Of a stretch of 64,000 nt of DNA, positions 21,172-31,269 are shown one piece after another; within the stretch, counting starts at the first letter, position 1, and each line of letters begins with the position of its first letter. Under the pieces are notes generated by a model, which saw only the letters and a list, made by a program, of their open reading frames with translations, was not told the origin of the DNA and made no database searches. The stretch is taken from assembly GCA_951813565.1 (NCBI GenBank), contig OX638351.1, positions 3,168,001 to 3,232,000 on the forward strand, in the 5' to 3' direction. The position numbers and the translations under genes were made by a program. The stretch is from an uncultured Poribacteria bacterium (GTDB lineage Bacteria; Poribacteria; WGA-4E; WGA-3G).

Positions 21172-22311
21172 ATGAAAAATATAAGCCGCCGCACCGTGAA
21201 ATCTATAACACGTAATGCATTGATTATTTCAATGATTCTCCATGGATTCCTTATGATTACGCTATTTTATTTTTCTGTCCGTAACCAATCTCTCTTATCT
21301 TTTCAAGACAAGATTGATGCAACAATTGATACAGTACAGAAACCACCGTTATCAAAGAAGCCGATAAAGGCTCCAATATATCAGCAGCAAAAAACAACTG
21401 TGTTTGAAGCGGCAAAAATATCAATTGCGAATGTTGAATCAATTGCTCCGCAAATAACATTTCAATCCCATATTTCACCTACGTCACCCGTTATTGCGGA
21501 AAAATTACAACTGAAGCAGACAAATACTGCGTCAGACGTAAAAGTGAACGTCAGCACCGCGCTCCGTCAACTCCGTGACGCTGAGAATGGGTTATCAAAA
21601 GTAGAACCGACAGTAGATAGTTCTCTCGGTTCAAAACGTTCCAGTGGAGTGTTCGATATTCAACGTACGCCTACCCGTTCTATGCTTGATTTTGCTGAAA
21701 CAATAGGCGGTAGTGGCATAGCACAAATAGGTGATATCTTTGAGAACAAACCTTCTTTACCTAATAATCAATTTACCGATGTTATGAGGGACCTCGCGAG
21801 CGAAATTATTGCAACAAGTGATGGTGGGCCTATTGATGTCGTTTTTGTTATTGATGCCAGCGGTAGTATGAGTGACAACATTGAGGCAGTCGCTAATCAT
21901 GTAATTCAGATGATTGATGTATACCAATCCTCTGGTATTGACTATGCTCTCGGATTAACAGAATTTTATATGTTTGGACAGAGAAATGCTATTCATGTTC
22001 TTCAATTGACGCAAAATTTACAAGAATACAAAAAGGATATACGTGCGATTTTTTCTCGCCGCGGCGAAAATGCATTGGATGCTATTGCCAAAACTATCAG
22101 AAAAATGCGGTTCCGTGCTACATCTAAAAAACATCTTATCGTTGTCACCGATGAACCTTTCACAAGCATAGAAGGCAGGACAGTGTCCGACACAATCGCG
22201 CTCTGTAACGAGTTCGGTATCTATGTCAACGTGCTCGGGCTTCCAAGCGAGGAACATCAATTACTGGCTGCAAGGACTCAAGGTAGTTGGTACGCTATCC
22301 CTGGAAACTAA
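21172..22311 (+). CDS. Membrane-anchored protein with one vWA domain (paralog 3)
   Basis: Same N-terminus and DASGS MIDAS. Ends right after the first vWA domain (WYAIPGN). Confidence 0.85.
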   Translation: MKNISRRTVKSITRNALIISMILHGFLMITLFYFSVRNQSLLSFQDKIDATIDTVQKPPLSKKPIKAPIYQQQKTTVFEAAKISIANVESIAPQITFQSHISPTSPVIAEKLQLKQTNTASDVKVNVSTALRQLRDAENGLSKVEPTVDSSLGSKRSSGVFDIQRTPTRSMLDFAETIGGSGIAQIGDIFENKPSLPNNQFTDVMRDLASEIIATSDGGPIDVVFVIDASGSMSDNIEAVANHVIQMIDVYQSSGIDYALGLTEFYMFGQRNAIHVLQLTQNLQEYKKDIRAIFSRRGENALDAIAKTIRKMRFRATSKKHLIVVTDEPFTSIEGRTVSDTIALCNEFGIYVNVLGLPSEEHQLLAARTQGSWYAIPGN

Positions 22312-22448
22312 TAGCTTACCGATAGTACAACAACCATAAGCAGAATCGCTTAGAAATGTGCACATTTTACCTATGGTGAATACCATAAACATACCTTGCC
22401 CTGATTTCGTTGAGGTCGTAAAAAGGCAGACCATGTAAACACACACTA

Positions 22449-22604
22449 TAGTAAAACCTATAATTAATGGGACACTTCTGTAGCGCAAACTTTTAGTTTG
22501 CGTCTCATAAGGCACAAACTAAAAGTTTGTGCTACAACTTCTATTGTCCATTATCTTTCCAAGACAAGTTTATCAAAGTGTCCCAATAATTTCAAAGTTC
22601 ACTA
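22449..22604. mobile_element. MITE with IS630-like ends carrying a REP doublet (156 bp)
   Basis: TA flanks, ends TAGTAAAACC...AGTTCACTA, internal GGGACACTT/AAGTGTCCC inverted repeat. An identical copy with an insertion is at 39916-40356. Confidence 0.88.
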
Positions 22605-22657
22605 TAAATACGGTTTTTAGGCAAGTTGGATTTCAAATAAATAAAAAGAGATAAATA

Positions 22658-23263
22658 GTGAAAATTGCGGTTCTCGTTTCAGGAAGCGGAACCAATCTGC
22701 AAACCCTGATTGAGCAGTTACATGAAGACGAAGCCAGCGGTATTGAAATCGCAGTTGTAATTAGTGATCGTCAGAAAGCCTACGCACTGACGCGGGCAAA
22801 ACGTGCTGGTATCCCAACACAAATTGTCAGGACCCAAGACTTTGAAAACCGCATTGCATTTGATGCGGCAATTTCAAAACACATTGAAAACTATTCGGTT
22901 GAACTAATTGTGCTTGCAGGTTTTATGAAGTTGTTTCAACCACCATTCGTCCGCAAATATCGCAATCGGATAATTAACGTACATCCAAGTCTGTTGCCTG
23001 CTTTCCCAGGCGCAACGCCTGTCGCTGATACTTTGGCTTACGGTGTTAAGGTGGCAGGTGTTACTGTGCATTTCGTTGACGAAAACATAGATACAGGACC
23101 AATTATCGCACAGACAGTTGTTCCAGTTTATGATACAGACGACGCAGAGAGTCTACACAAACGGATTCAGATTGAAGAGCACAAACTTTATCCGAAAGTG
23201 ATAAAACGTTACGCGCAAGGCAAGTTGAAAGTTGATGGGCGGAAAGTTATCAAAATAACTTAA
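22658..23263 (+). CDS. purN: Phosphoribosylglycinamide formyltransferase
   Basis: VSGSGTNLQ, LAGFM, INVHPSLLPAFPG, GVTVHFVD, DTGPII. Confidence 0.96.
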   Translation: MKIAVLVSGSGTNLQTLIEQLHEDEASGIEIAVVISDRQKAYALTRAKRAGIPTQIVRTQDFENRIAFDAAISKHIENYSVELIVLAGFMKLFQPPFVRKYRNRIINVHPSLLPAFPGATPVADTLAYGVKVAGVTVHFVDENIDTGPIIAQTVVPVYDTDDAESLHKRIQIEEHKLYPKVIKRYAQGKLKVDGRKVIKIT

Positions 23264-23335
23264 GAAATATAAGACTCCCAAACGCAAATTCTGGACCTTA
23301 CTTCGGCTTTTCTACCTTGTAAATTTTAAAATATA

Positions 23336-24262
23336 ATGTTAGCAATTTCAACAATGTGGAACGCTTTGAAGCAACCGGATGGCGCTGCGCTGTTTGATGA
23401 GTTGAAGGATCTCGGTTTTGATGCTATTGCGCTTAGTCGCCATCTTACGCTTGAACAAGTAGAGCAACTCAAACTAGTGCTTCGGGACATCGGACAAATA
23501 CCGCCTTGTGCTATCCAAAATTTTTGCCCAATTCTCCACGGAACTTTACAATCCGAAGCTGAAAACGACAAAATCCTGCTTTCCAGCCTTGATAATGATG
23601 AGCGGCAGGTGGCAATTCGTAGAACCGTTCAAACGATGGAGCTTGCCGTTGAAATGGAAATCACAACAGTGGTGATCCGTCTCGGTGAAGTGGATACCTA
23701 TGATAGGTCTTATCTCATGACTGATCTTTACGAGTATGGCGAGCGTGAGTTTGAGGCATTCAACAAAAAAGTGGCTGAAGCAACAGAATGGAGAAAACGT
23801 AAAGAGACAAAACATCACGATGCCGTGCTGCGAAGCCTTGATGAACTAAATGAAAGGGCACTCAAAATGGAACTCTGCATCGCGATTGAAAATCGTCCTC
23901 GCTATTACCAAATTCCAAATTTTGATGAAGTTGGGCTATTTTTTGATGAATTTTATGGTAGCCCGATGCGCTATTGGCACAACGTCGGACATGCAGCTTT
24001 GCAGGAAAAACTCGGACTTTGTTGGGCACATGAATGGCTTGAAATATATAACGAACACCTCATTGGTGTGACACTGCACGACCTACAAGGACTTGAGGCT
24101 TACCACCCACCTGGCAGCGGCGACTTGGACTGGGATGAGTTGTTTACACAGATACCATCAGATATTATGAAGGTAATCGAAATTCGGCATGGAGAAACGG
24201 AAGCGGTGATACAGGCAAGAGAATTATGCGAATCGCTTATGAATACACAGGATGAAGTATAA
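23336..24262 (+). CDS. Xylose isomerase-like TIM barrel protein
   Basis: AISTMWN, IAIENR, WHNVGHA, LHDLQG, PGSGDLDW. Confidence 0.8.
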   Translation: MLAISTMWNALKQPDGAALFDELKDLGFDAIALSRHLTLEQVEQLKLVLRDIGQIPPCAIQNFCPILHGTLQSEAENDKILLSSLDNDERQVAIRRTVQTMELAVEMEITTVVIRLGEVDTYDRSYLMTDLYEYGEREFEAFNKKVAEATEWRKRKETKHHDAVLRSLDELNERALKMELCIAIENRPRYYQIPNFDEVGLFFDEFYGSPMRYWHNVGHAALQEKLGLCWAHEWLEIYNEHLIGVTLHDLQGLEAYHPPGSGDLDWDELFTQIPSDIMKVIEIRHGETEAVIQARELCESLMNTQDEV

Positions 24263-24354
24263 CCTGTCGTTGCACCGAAATCACCACATTTAAAAATAAA
24301 ATTTATAATACGGATTACGTTAGTTTTGTTATAAAAGATTAAACTTTTATTGAC

Positions 24355-24505
24355 CAGGACTTACGCAAAATGAGCAGAAAAAGGAAATATTGGACTTAAA
24401 AAACCGTAATTTCGGTATTTTATCTCCCCATACGCTATCGCTATGGGGCCCGCCCGCTAAATCCCCCTTATCAGAGGGACTTTAAGAAAAAGTGCGTAAG
24501 TTCTG
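24355..24505. mobile_element. MITE with CAGGACTTACGCA terminal repeats (151 bp)
   Basis: CAGGACTTACGCA ... TGCGTAAGTTCTG, with a 6-bp direct repeat ATTGAC at 24349-24354 and 24506-24511. Confidence 0.85.
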
Positions 24506-24620
24506 ATTGACAAAATTGTATCCATTTGCAATAATAGATGATATAAATAGTCAAAATTAGACTATCTCTCAAAACAACCACTTCATTCCTAAATGACGAT
24601 GTTCAGTAGGAGGTATCTAA

Positions 24621-25478
24621 ATGTTTCGAATATTAACGAAAGTCAACAATCTCAAACTTCCAATACTTCTTTTTTATATCGCTTTGTTGCTATTAATGTT
24701 TGTATTAAATATCCCCGTAGAAGCACAACGCGATGAAGGAACAGTTGCAGGAATCTGGACTTTCGACGATGGTACAGCAGATGACACTTCAGACCAAAAT
24801 TTGAATAGTACTACCGTTGGAAACCCAGAGTCCGTTAACGGAATCGTAGGAAAAGCTTTGAAATTCAACGGAGAAAGTGATGGTATAAAGATTCCGGACT
24901 CTCCCAGAATCAATATCACAAACATATTTACTAATCGGACGGTCGCAGCATTTTTTAACTGCAATGATGTCAACAAGGATCAAAAACAAGTAATTTTTGA
25001 GGCAGGCGGTCAGACGCGTGGATTAGCTATATATGTGTTTAATAGTAAACTTTATGTTGGAGGTTGGAATCGCGCTGAGTATAACTGGCCCGGTGCTTGG
25101 CCATCCGTGGACATCAAGTCAAACACTTGGTACCACGTTGGCTTGATCATCCGTGACGCTGCTGGCGCGCTGGAAGATGACAAGTTTGAAATGTGGCTTG
25201 ATGGAAAACTTATCGTAAAAGAAAAGGGAGGCCAACTCCATCCACATGCTGATGATACCGGTATTGGGTTTCTCAATCAAAATTCTTTTTATCATGATGG
25301 TGGACGTGGTGCTAATAACATGGACTGGTTTGGTGGTTTAATTGACGAAGTTATTGTCTACGGTTCGGCTTTTACTCAAGCAGATTTCACACAGATCTCA
25401 AAATCGTTGAGTGTAGAACCACAAGGAAAGCACACAACCACTTGGGGAAATTTGAAAGTCCAACGGACACAAGATTAA
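24621..25478 (+). CDS. Secreted LamG-like jellyroll protein
   Basis: Signal peptide, WTFDDG, GKALKFNG, WYHV, IDEV, and tail VEPQGKHTTTWGNLK. Confidence 0.88.
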   Translation: MFRILTKVNNLKLPILLFYIALLLLMFVLNIPVEAQRDEGTVAGIWTFDDGTADDTSDQNLNSTTVGNPESVNGIVGKALKFNGESDGIKIPDSPRINITNIFTNRTVAAFFNCNDVNKDQKQVIFEAGGQTRGLAIYVFNSKLYVGGWNRAEYNWPGAWPSVDIKSNTWYHVGLIIRDAAGALEDDKFEMWLDGKLIVKEKGGQLHPHADDTGIGFLNQNSFYHDGGRGANNMDWFGGLIDEVIVYGSAFTQADFTQISKSLSVEPQGKHTTTWGNLKVQRTQD

Positions 25479-25486
25479 TTTTTTTC

Positions 25487-25572
25487 AGGACTTACACGAA
25501 TTGGCAGATCGTGACGATATTCATTGCACATCTCCAAAAAAGATGATGATCACCAAAATTACGTAAGTCTTA
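25487..25572. mobile_element. Degenerate GGACTTAC-type MITE
   Basis: CAGGACTTACAC ... TTACGTAAGTCTTA between the two LamG genes. Confidence 0.5.
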
Positions 25573-25619
25573 TCATTCCAATGCGGACGAGGTTCCGCTT
25601 TTACAAGGAGCAATATAAA

Positions 25620-26450
25620 ATGACTAAGTTCATCTCTATTTTAAGTGTTTTACTCATGCTAATAGCCGTATCAATCTATGCTGCGAGAGACGAAGCAACT
25701 GCCAGAGCAATTTGGACTTTTGATGAAGGTGATGCCGCAGACACTTCCGGTAACGATGTCAACGGAACGTTCGCTGGCGAACCTGAAGTTGTCGACGGTA
25801 TTGTTGGAAAAGCACTACAGTTTGATGGCGTAGACGATGGTGTCAAACTGCCGGATTCAAACGGTCTCAACACAGGTGGGCCTTTTACTGACCGAACTAT
25901 TGCTGCTTACTTCAAATGTTCTGATGTCAGTATTACGGACCATAAACAAACGATTTTTGATGAAGGCGGACGTACCCGCGGTTTTGTCGTCAATGTCTTT
26001 GATGGACAAGTCTACGTCGGGGCGTGGAATCGTGCTGAATACCAATGGGCTGGGGCATGGCCCTCTGCTCCTGTCGAATCTGACAAATGGTATCACGTTG
26101 CACTTGTCCTTCGAAACACTACTAATGCCGTTGAAGATGACAAATTTGAGATGTGGCTAAATGGTGAAATGATTGCAAGTGAACCCGGTGGTCAGCTATT
26201 CGCACACGGGGACGATACCGGTATAGCGCATACTAATGCTAACGCCGTTTTTCATGATGATGATGGTACTGGTACCAACATTCACTACTTCGGTGGTGTT
26301 ATCGATGAAGTTATTGTTTATAACTCCGCTTTTGATGCTGATGATTTCGCTGAATATGCAGAAGTGATTCAGGCTACTACAAGTGTTGAACCACAGGGTA
26401 AATTTACCACTACGTGGGGAACGTTAAAAGCGCAACGGACGAGACAGTAA
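25620..26450 (+). CDS. Secreted LamG-like jellyroll protein (tandem paralog)
   Basis: AAGGAG RBS before ATG 25620, signal peptide, homologous to the preceding gene, tail VEPQGKFTTTWGTLK. Confidence 0.88.
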   Translation: MTKFISILSVLLMLIAVSIYAARDEATARAIWTFDEGDAADTSGNDVNGTFAGEPEVVDGIVGKALQFDGVDDGVKLPDSNGLNTGGPFTDRTIAAYFKCSDVSITDHKQTIFDEGGRTRGFVVNVFDGQVYVGAWNRAEYQWAGAWPSAPVESDKWYHVALVLRNTTNAVEDDKFEMWLNGEMIASEPGGQLFAHGDDTGIAHTNANAVFHDDDGTGTNIHYFGGVIDEVIVYNSAFDADDFAEYAEVIQATTSVEPQGKFTTTWGTLKAQRTRQ

Positions 26451-26502
26451 TAGCCAGTATCTTCATAGAAAATTGACGAACACATGTTTTTCTTTGTTCT
26501 AC

Positions 26503-26540
26503 AGCACGGTAGTTTTCTGACTACCGTGCTTCTTTATTTA
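26503..26540 (+). terminator. Intrinsic terminator
   Basis: AGCACGGTAG-loop-CTACCGTGCT followed by a T-rich tract. Confidence 0.7.
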
Positions 26541-26677
26541 TGTGCATAATTTACACGTTCGTTGCCAAAATGACACAACCCGTGCCACGTTGTACCACCC
26601 CTCTGTGTTCTGTTGTCCGAATCAGATGTAGGGCAAAGTCTCTGTGCCTCAGCCCTGCCAAACCTAACAGACAAAAT

Positions 26678-26693
26678 TGGCACAAATTTTGCT
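26678..26693 (+). promoter_or_regulatory. sigma-54 (-24/-12) promoter of clpB
   Basis: TGGCACAAATTTTGCT matches TGGCAC-N5-TTGCW with exact GG-N10-GC spacing, about 40 nt before the start codon. Confidence 0.72.
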
Positions 26694-26734
26694 CTCAACA
26701 TATAGGACATTAGAAAGATACAAGGAGAAGAAAA

Positions 26735-29323
26735 ATGAGATTAGACAGATTCACAATTAAAGCACAAGAGGCACTACAATCAGCACAAACTTTAGCCAGC
26801 GAGGCGCAAAATCCAGAACTTGGGGTTGAGCATCTGATGCTTTCCCTCATTAAACAGACAGACGGAATAGTAGCACCAATTTTTCAAAAATTAGGGGTAG
26901 ATATTCAAGGGATTATATCGGCACTTGAGGATGTCGTACAGAAGGCGCCCAAAGTACAAGGAGTAAGTTCGGAACTACACATATCAAGACCTTTACAATC
27001 TGTTCTTGAGACTGCTCTCAAAGAAGCAATAACACTCAAAGATGAATATGTCAGCACAGAACACCTCTTAATCGCCTGTGCAGAATCAAAAAAGAGTGAA
27101 GTCGGGCAAATTCTACGCGATGTTGGTGTAACGAAGGATAAAATCCTCAAAGCTCTCGTAGATATCCGCGGCACACAACGAATAACCGATCAGAATCCCG
27201 AGGACAAATATCAAGCACTCACCCGATTTGGCAGGGAACTCACGCAAGAATCGATGTCTGGTAAGCTTGATCCGGTTATTGGGAGAGATGATGAAATTCG
27301 ACGTGTGATGCAAGTGCTATCCCGTAGACGCAAAAATAATCCTGTGCTTATCGGTGAGCCTGGCGTCGGAAAAACTGCGATTGTAGAGGGATTAGCACAA
27401 CGCATCGCGGATGGTGACGTGCCAGAAAGTCTGCGGGAAAAACGGCTCATCGCTCTTGATTTAGGAGCGCTGATCGCGGGCAGTAAATATCGTGGGGAAT
27501 TTGAGGACAGACTAAAAGCGGTCCTCGCTGATGTAGAACAGGCAGAAGGACAGGTTATCCTCTTTATTGACGAACTTCATACCATTGTTGGTGCAGGTGC
27601 TGCAGAAGGGGCGGTTGATGCGTCTAATATGCTCAAACCGGCATTAGCACGAGGCGAATTGCGATGCATCGGTGCAACAACGCTTGATGAATACCGTAAA
27701 CACATTGAAAAAGATGCTGCCTTAGAACGACGATTCCAACCTGTTCAGGTACAAGAACCGTCCGTTGAGGATACGATAGCGATTCTACGCGGGTTAAAGG
27801 AACGGTACGAAACACATCACGGCGTTCAAATCCAGGACAATGCAATCGTATCTGCTGCCACCCTCTCAAAACGGTATATTTCTGATCGCTTCCTGCCAGA
27901 TAAAGCAGTGGATTTAGTGGATGAAGCAGCAGCTCGGCTGCGGATTGAGATTGACAGTGTACCAGAACAAATTGATGAAGTAGAACGGCGCATTATCCAA
28001 CTCCAAATGGAACAGCAAGCACTGGAAAAAGAGGATGATGGCGTATCTAAACAACGTTTAGAAAAATTGAACGCTGAACTTGCAGAACTAAAAGAGAAAG
28101 TAGATGCCCTCAAAGCAGGTTGGCAAAATGAAAAAGCAAACCTGATACAGATTCGAGAGTTGATGGAACAAATTGAGGCACTCCGCATTGAATCTGAGCA
28201 AGCAAAGCGCAGCGGTAACCTTGCAAAAGCGTCTGAACTTGAATACGGCAAAATACCTACGCTTGAATCGCAACTCAAAACTTTGCGAGAGGCGGTTGAA
28301 ACAGATGCTAATGGCACACAAATGCTAAAAGAACGTATGAGCGCAGAAGATATTGCTGAGATTGTAGCTAAATGGACCGGTATTCCTGTTTATCGCCTCA
28401 TGGAAGGCGAAACACAAAAACTGCTTCACATGGAAGAACGGTTGTGTGAACAGGTTATTGGACAGAATGAGGCGGTTTCCGCTGTCTCCAACGCGATTCG
28501 CCGTTCCCGTGTTGGTCTTGGGGATCCGGATCGACCACTCGGTTCATTTCTCTTTATGGGACCTACCGGTGTCGGCAAAACACATCTTGCTAAATCGCTT
28601 TCAGAATTTCTATTTGACGATGTAAACGCCATCGTCCGCATTGATATGAGCGAATACATGGAGAAACATACCGTTTCTCGACTCATTGGCGCACCACCGG
28701 GGTACGTAGGCTATGACGAAGGTGGGCAGTTAACCGAAGCGGTCAGACGACATCCATATTGTGTGATTCTGCTTGATGAAGTTGAAAAAGCTCATCCAGA
28801 AGTATTCAATGTTCTACTCCAAATGCTTGATGATGGTAGAATGACAGATGGACAAGGACACACGGTAGATTTTAAGAATACGGTTGTTATCATGACATCT
28901 AACATTGGTAGCCAGTGGATTAGCGACACACATCTCGCTACAGAAGAAATTCGGCGGAAGGTAATGGATGCTTTACAAGCACACTTCCCACCAGAATTCC
29001 TGAATCGTGTGGATGATCTAATTATTTTTGATCGTCTTGGAATTGATGAATTGAAGCAAATTGTAACGCTTGAACTTTCCAAACTAAGTGTCCAATTTGC
29101 TGAAAAGGATATGACACTAACGTTAACCGAATCGGCAAAAGAAGAATTGGTTAAACGCGGATTTGATGCAGTATATGGCGCCCGTCCGCTTCGACGGACG
29201 CTTCAACGGGATATTCTCAACCCGTTGGCTATTGATATGCTTGAAGGCAACTTCCATGATGGCGATGTCATTGTTGCAGATTTTGCAAGTGAAAAGTTCA
29301 TTTTCAGCGTTGAAAAAGTTTGA
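26735..29323 (+). CDS. clpB: Chaperone ClpB
   Basis: Two AAA+ modules ([16 protein letters not shown]), coiled-coil M domain, GAPPGYVGY. Confidence 0.97.
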   Translation: MRLDRFTIKAQEALQSAQTLASEAQNPELGVEHLMLSLIKQTDGIVAPIFQKLGVDIQGIISALEDVVQKAPKVQGVSSELHISRPLQSVLETALKEAITLKDEYVSTEHLLIACAESKKSEVGQILRDVGVTKDKILKALVDIRGTQRITDQNPEDKYQALTRFGRELTQESMSGKLDPVIGRDDEIRRVMQVLSRRRKNNPVLIGEPGVGKTAIVEGLAQRIADGDVPESLREKRLIALDLGALIAGSKYRGEFEDRLKAVLADVEQAEGQVILFIDELHTIVGAGAAEGAVDASNMLKPALARGELRCIGATTLDEYRKHIEKDAALERRFQPVQVQEPSVEDTIAILRGLKERYETHHGVQIQDNAIVSAATLSKRYISDRFLPDKAVDLVDEAAARLRIEIDSVPEQIDEVERRIIQLQMEQQALEKEDDGVSKQRLEKLNAELAELKEKVDALKAGWQNEKANLIQIRELMEQIEALRIESEQAKRSGNLAKASELEYGKIPTLESQLKTLREAVETDANGTQMLKERMSAEDIAEIVAKWTGIPVYRLMEGETQKLLHMEERLCEQVIGQNEAVSAVSNAIRRSRVGLGDPDRPLGSFLFMGPTGVGKTHLAKSLSEFLFDDVNAIVRIDMSEYMEKHTVSRLIGAPPGYVGYDEGGQLTEAVRRHPYCVILLDEVEKAHPEVFNVLLQMLDDGRMTDGQGHTVDFKNTVVIMTSNIGSQWISDTHLATEEIRRKVMDALQAHFPPEFLNRVDDLIIFDRLGIDELKQIVTLELSKLSVQFAEKDMTLTLTESAKEELVKRGFDAVYGARPLRRTLQRDILNPLAIDMLEGNFHDGDVIVADFASEKFIFSVEKV

Positions 29324-29428
29324 AATGGATTGAAATCTATCCAAATTTCATGGTATTCTATTATATAATCCAAGTTGCCACCTATGTAGCACAAACTTTT
29401 AGTTTGTGCCTATGAATACGCAAACTGA

Positions 29429-29543
29429 ATGAAGATAAATTTTTAAATTCGGTAATTTTCTGTCCGCACAAGGCAGGTGTCCACTTCTGCTGGCGAGGTT
29501 TCCTAACCTCGCTAAATTACCGATTTATTTTATTAAACTTCAT
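29429..29543. mobile_element. ATGAAG...CTTCAT MITE inserted in a REP hairpin loop (115 bp)
   Basis: Terminal ATGAAG/CTTCAT plus subterminal TCGGTAATTT/AAATTACCGA. Interrupts the hairpin CGCAAACT-GAA-AGTTTGCG. Confidence 0.85.
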
Positions 29544-29666
29544 AAAGTTTGCGCTACGATATGTCACAAATAATGAACTTTTCTCGAATTAAAAATGGCG
29601 TCTGCAGGTCTAAAATCTTATAGGTAGCAACTTGGATTATATACTTGAATTCACGGAGAAATAACG

Positions 29667-29918
29667 GTGGAACACCCAAACTGGACAAAAGACGATTCCC
29701 GCAGAGCCAAGCATATCTGGGCAGAGTACCAAAAACAACACGATATTACTGAACGGATCGGGCAGACAGCTGGGATTGATCCGAAAAGTGGCAGGATTTG
29801 GTTCGGGGACTCTGCCCTTGAGATTGTCCAGCAACGTCTTGCTGAAGGATTGACTTCCCCTCTTTTCTTTGAGCGAGTCGGTTATGCCTCCTACTTACGT
29901 AAGGGTGGACGTCGATGA
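29667..29918 (+). CDS. Small hypothetical protein paired with an aspartyl protease
   Basis: GGAG RBS; ATGA overlap with the next gene. Confidence 0.7.
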   Translation: MEHPNWTKDDSRRAKHIWAEYQKQHDITERIGQTAGIDPKSGRIWFGDSALEIVQQRLAEGLTSPLFFERVGYASYLRKGGRR

Positions 29919-30277
29919 TTCACGGATCAATATCGGATGATGGAGTCCCAATAATCACACTTTCTATCGTAGGACAAGAATGTACCGCAACTATAGATAC
30001 AGGCTTCAATGGATATCTGGAACTACCTGAAACTCTACGAAATACGTTGAATCCCCAATATATTGGTCTAGTGATTTCAGTATTAGCAGGCGGGCAAACA
30101 ATTGAAGAAGAACTTTATCAAGTCAATTTTCTTTTTGATGGAAGGATAATTCCTGCCGAGGCAACATTCGTTGTTAATGGTGAGATTCTTATAGGGCCTC
30201 ATTTGCTTCGTGAGTATCGTCTGGAGATTGATTTTGTCAGACGAACCGTTGTATTAGAAAAGGTTATTATCGGATAA
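29915..30277 (+). CDS. Clan AA (retropepsin-like) aspartic protease
   Basis: IDTGFNG catalytic motif and ILIG motif. Confidence 0.85.
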   Translation: MIHGSISDDGVPIITLSIVGQECTATIDTGFNGYLELPETLRNTLNPQYIGLVISVLAGGQTIEEELYQVNFLFDGRIIPAEATFVVNGEILIGPHLLREYRLEIDFVRRTVVLEKVIIG

Positions 30278-30325
30278 TTGTTTAGTAGTTACCAAAACAA
30301 AATGCATCGAACCACATACTGGATA

Positions 30326-30853
30326 TTATTTTCTCAACCGCTCAACAATTTTGTCAACAATCCCCTCAGCGCGGTCACGAATCTGTTCCTGTGTAAGACT
30401 CTGGATCGGATGTGTAACCGTAAGTGGTTCTAATTCATTGTATCCGAGCACACGCGCCTGCACCTTTCCTGCTGCAAAAAATACCTCTGTACAGATCGTC
30501 ACACTCGGTACGCCGCGCTCCTCTAAAACACTTCCATCGTGCATACTGCACGATATACAAGAGCCTCAGTCGGCGAGACCTTCAATGACGAAATCTGTCT
30601 GATCGGCAAGGTCATTGAGCAGCTCAGTCGGAGCTGGACGCGCAAATGTCGGTTTCTTGACACGGACCACCTCAGCAATGTCAAACCGTTCGCGCATTAA
30701 TTCTTCAACGCGATCAAGAAAAATATCACTACCATTTTTGGTGATATCCAGCAAACCCATCACTTTTCCATCAAAGGTATCAAGTCGTGGAGCCAAAAAT
30801 TTTTCATCTGCATCACTTTGGGAGGTAGGATCAAGTAAAGTAACGTTTGCCAT
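30326..30853 (-). CDS. UGSC-family selenoprotein (TGA read as Sec), 175 aa
   Basis: Two ORF-track fragments share one frame across a single TGA at 30566-30568: EGLAD-U-GSCISCSMHD. Confidence 0.85.
30536..30554 (-). promoter_or_regulatory. Candidate bacterial SECIS hairpin
   Basis: ATCGTGCA-GTA-TGCACGAT is a perfect 8-bp stem starting 11 nt after the UGA; the loop begins with G. Confidence 0.65.
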
Positions 30854-30865
30854 AGTCAAAATCTC

Positions 30866-31198
30866 CTATGTGGTTGAACCGGACGTTTCCAACTGTATCT
30901 GTTGCGACTTCGCCATCGCATCTTCTGCTTCCTGAATCATACCTTTACGCTGGTAACACATAGATAAACTGGTGTAAACAAGCGGATCATTCGGATTGAT
31001 TTCAATCGCTTTTTCGACTGCTTCAATGGCTTCATCGTATTGACTAAGCCGTTCATACGCATGTCCCAATCCGAGATACCCCTCAATATATTCTGGATAC
31101 GATTCAATAAGTTCCTTAAAAGCGTTAACAGCAGCTTCCAGGTCATTTTCTGCGAAATGAGTCAGTGCTACATCGTAAAGTTGTTCTTGTGTTGACAT
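30866..31198 (-). CDS. Small TPR protein
   Basis: GYLGLGHAYERL...AIEINPNDPLVYTSLS. Confidence 0.85.
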   Translation of the reverse strand: MSTQEQLYDVALTHFAENDLEAAVNAFKELIESYPEYIEGYLGLGHAYERLSQYDEAIEAVEKAIEINPNDPLVYTSLSMCYQRKGMIQEAEDAMAKSQQIQLETSGSTT

Positions 31199-31269
31199 AT
31201 TTTCTTCCTTACAAAATTTGAAAACATTTTAACAAAAACCGAAGTGAAAGTCAATTGGATTTTAGGATA

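Noticed and set aside
25524..25619. N-terminal extension of the second LamG ORF
   Set aside because: It derives from a degenerate MITE; the RBS and signal peptide indicate the start at 25620.
26678..26700. TTGGCAC upstream of clpB as a CIRCE half-site
   Set aside because: No GAGTGCTAA second arm; the spacing fits a sigma-54 promoter better.
30566..30568. TGA as a nonsense mutation or two separate genes
   Set aside because: It falls at the U of a UGSC motif, in frame, and is followed by a SECIS-like hairpin.
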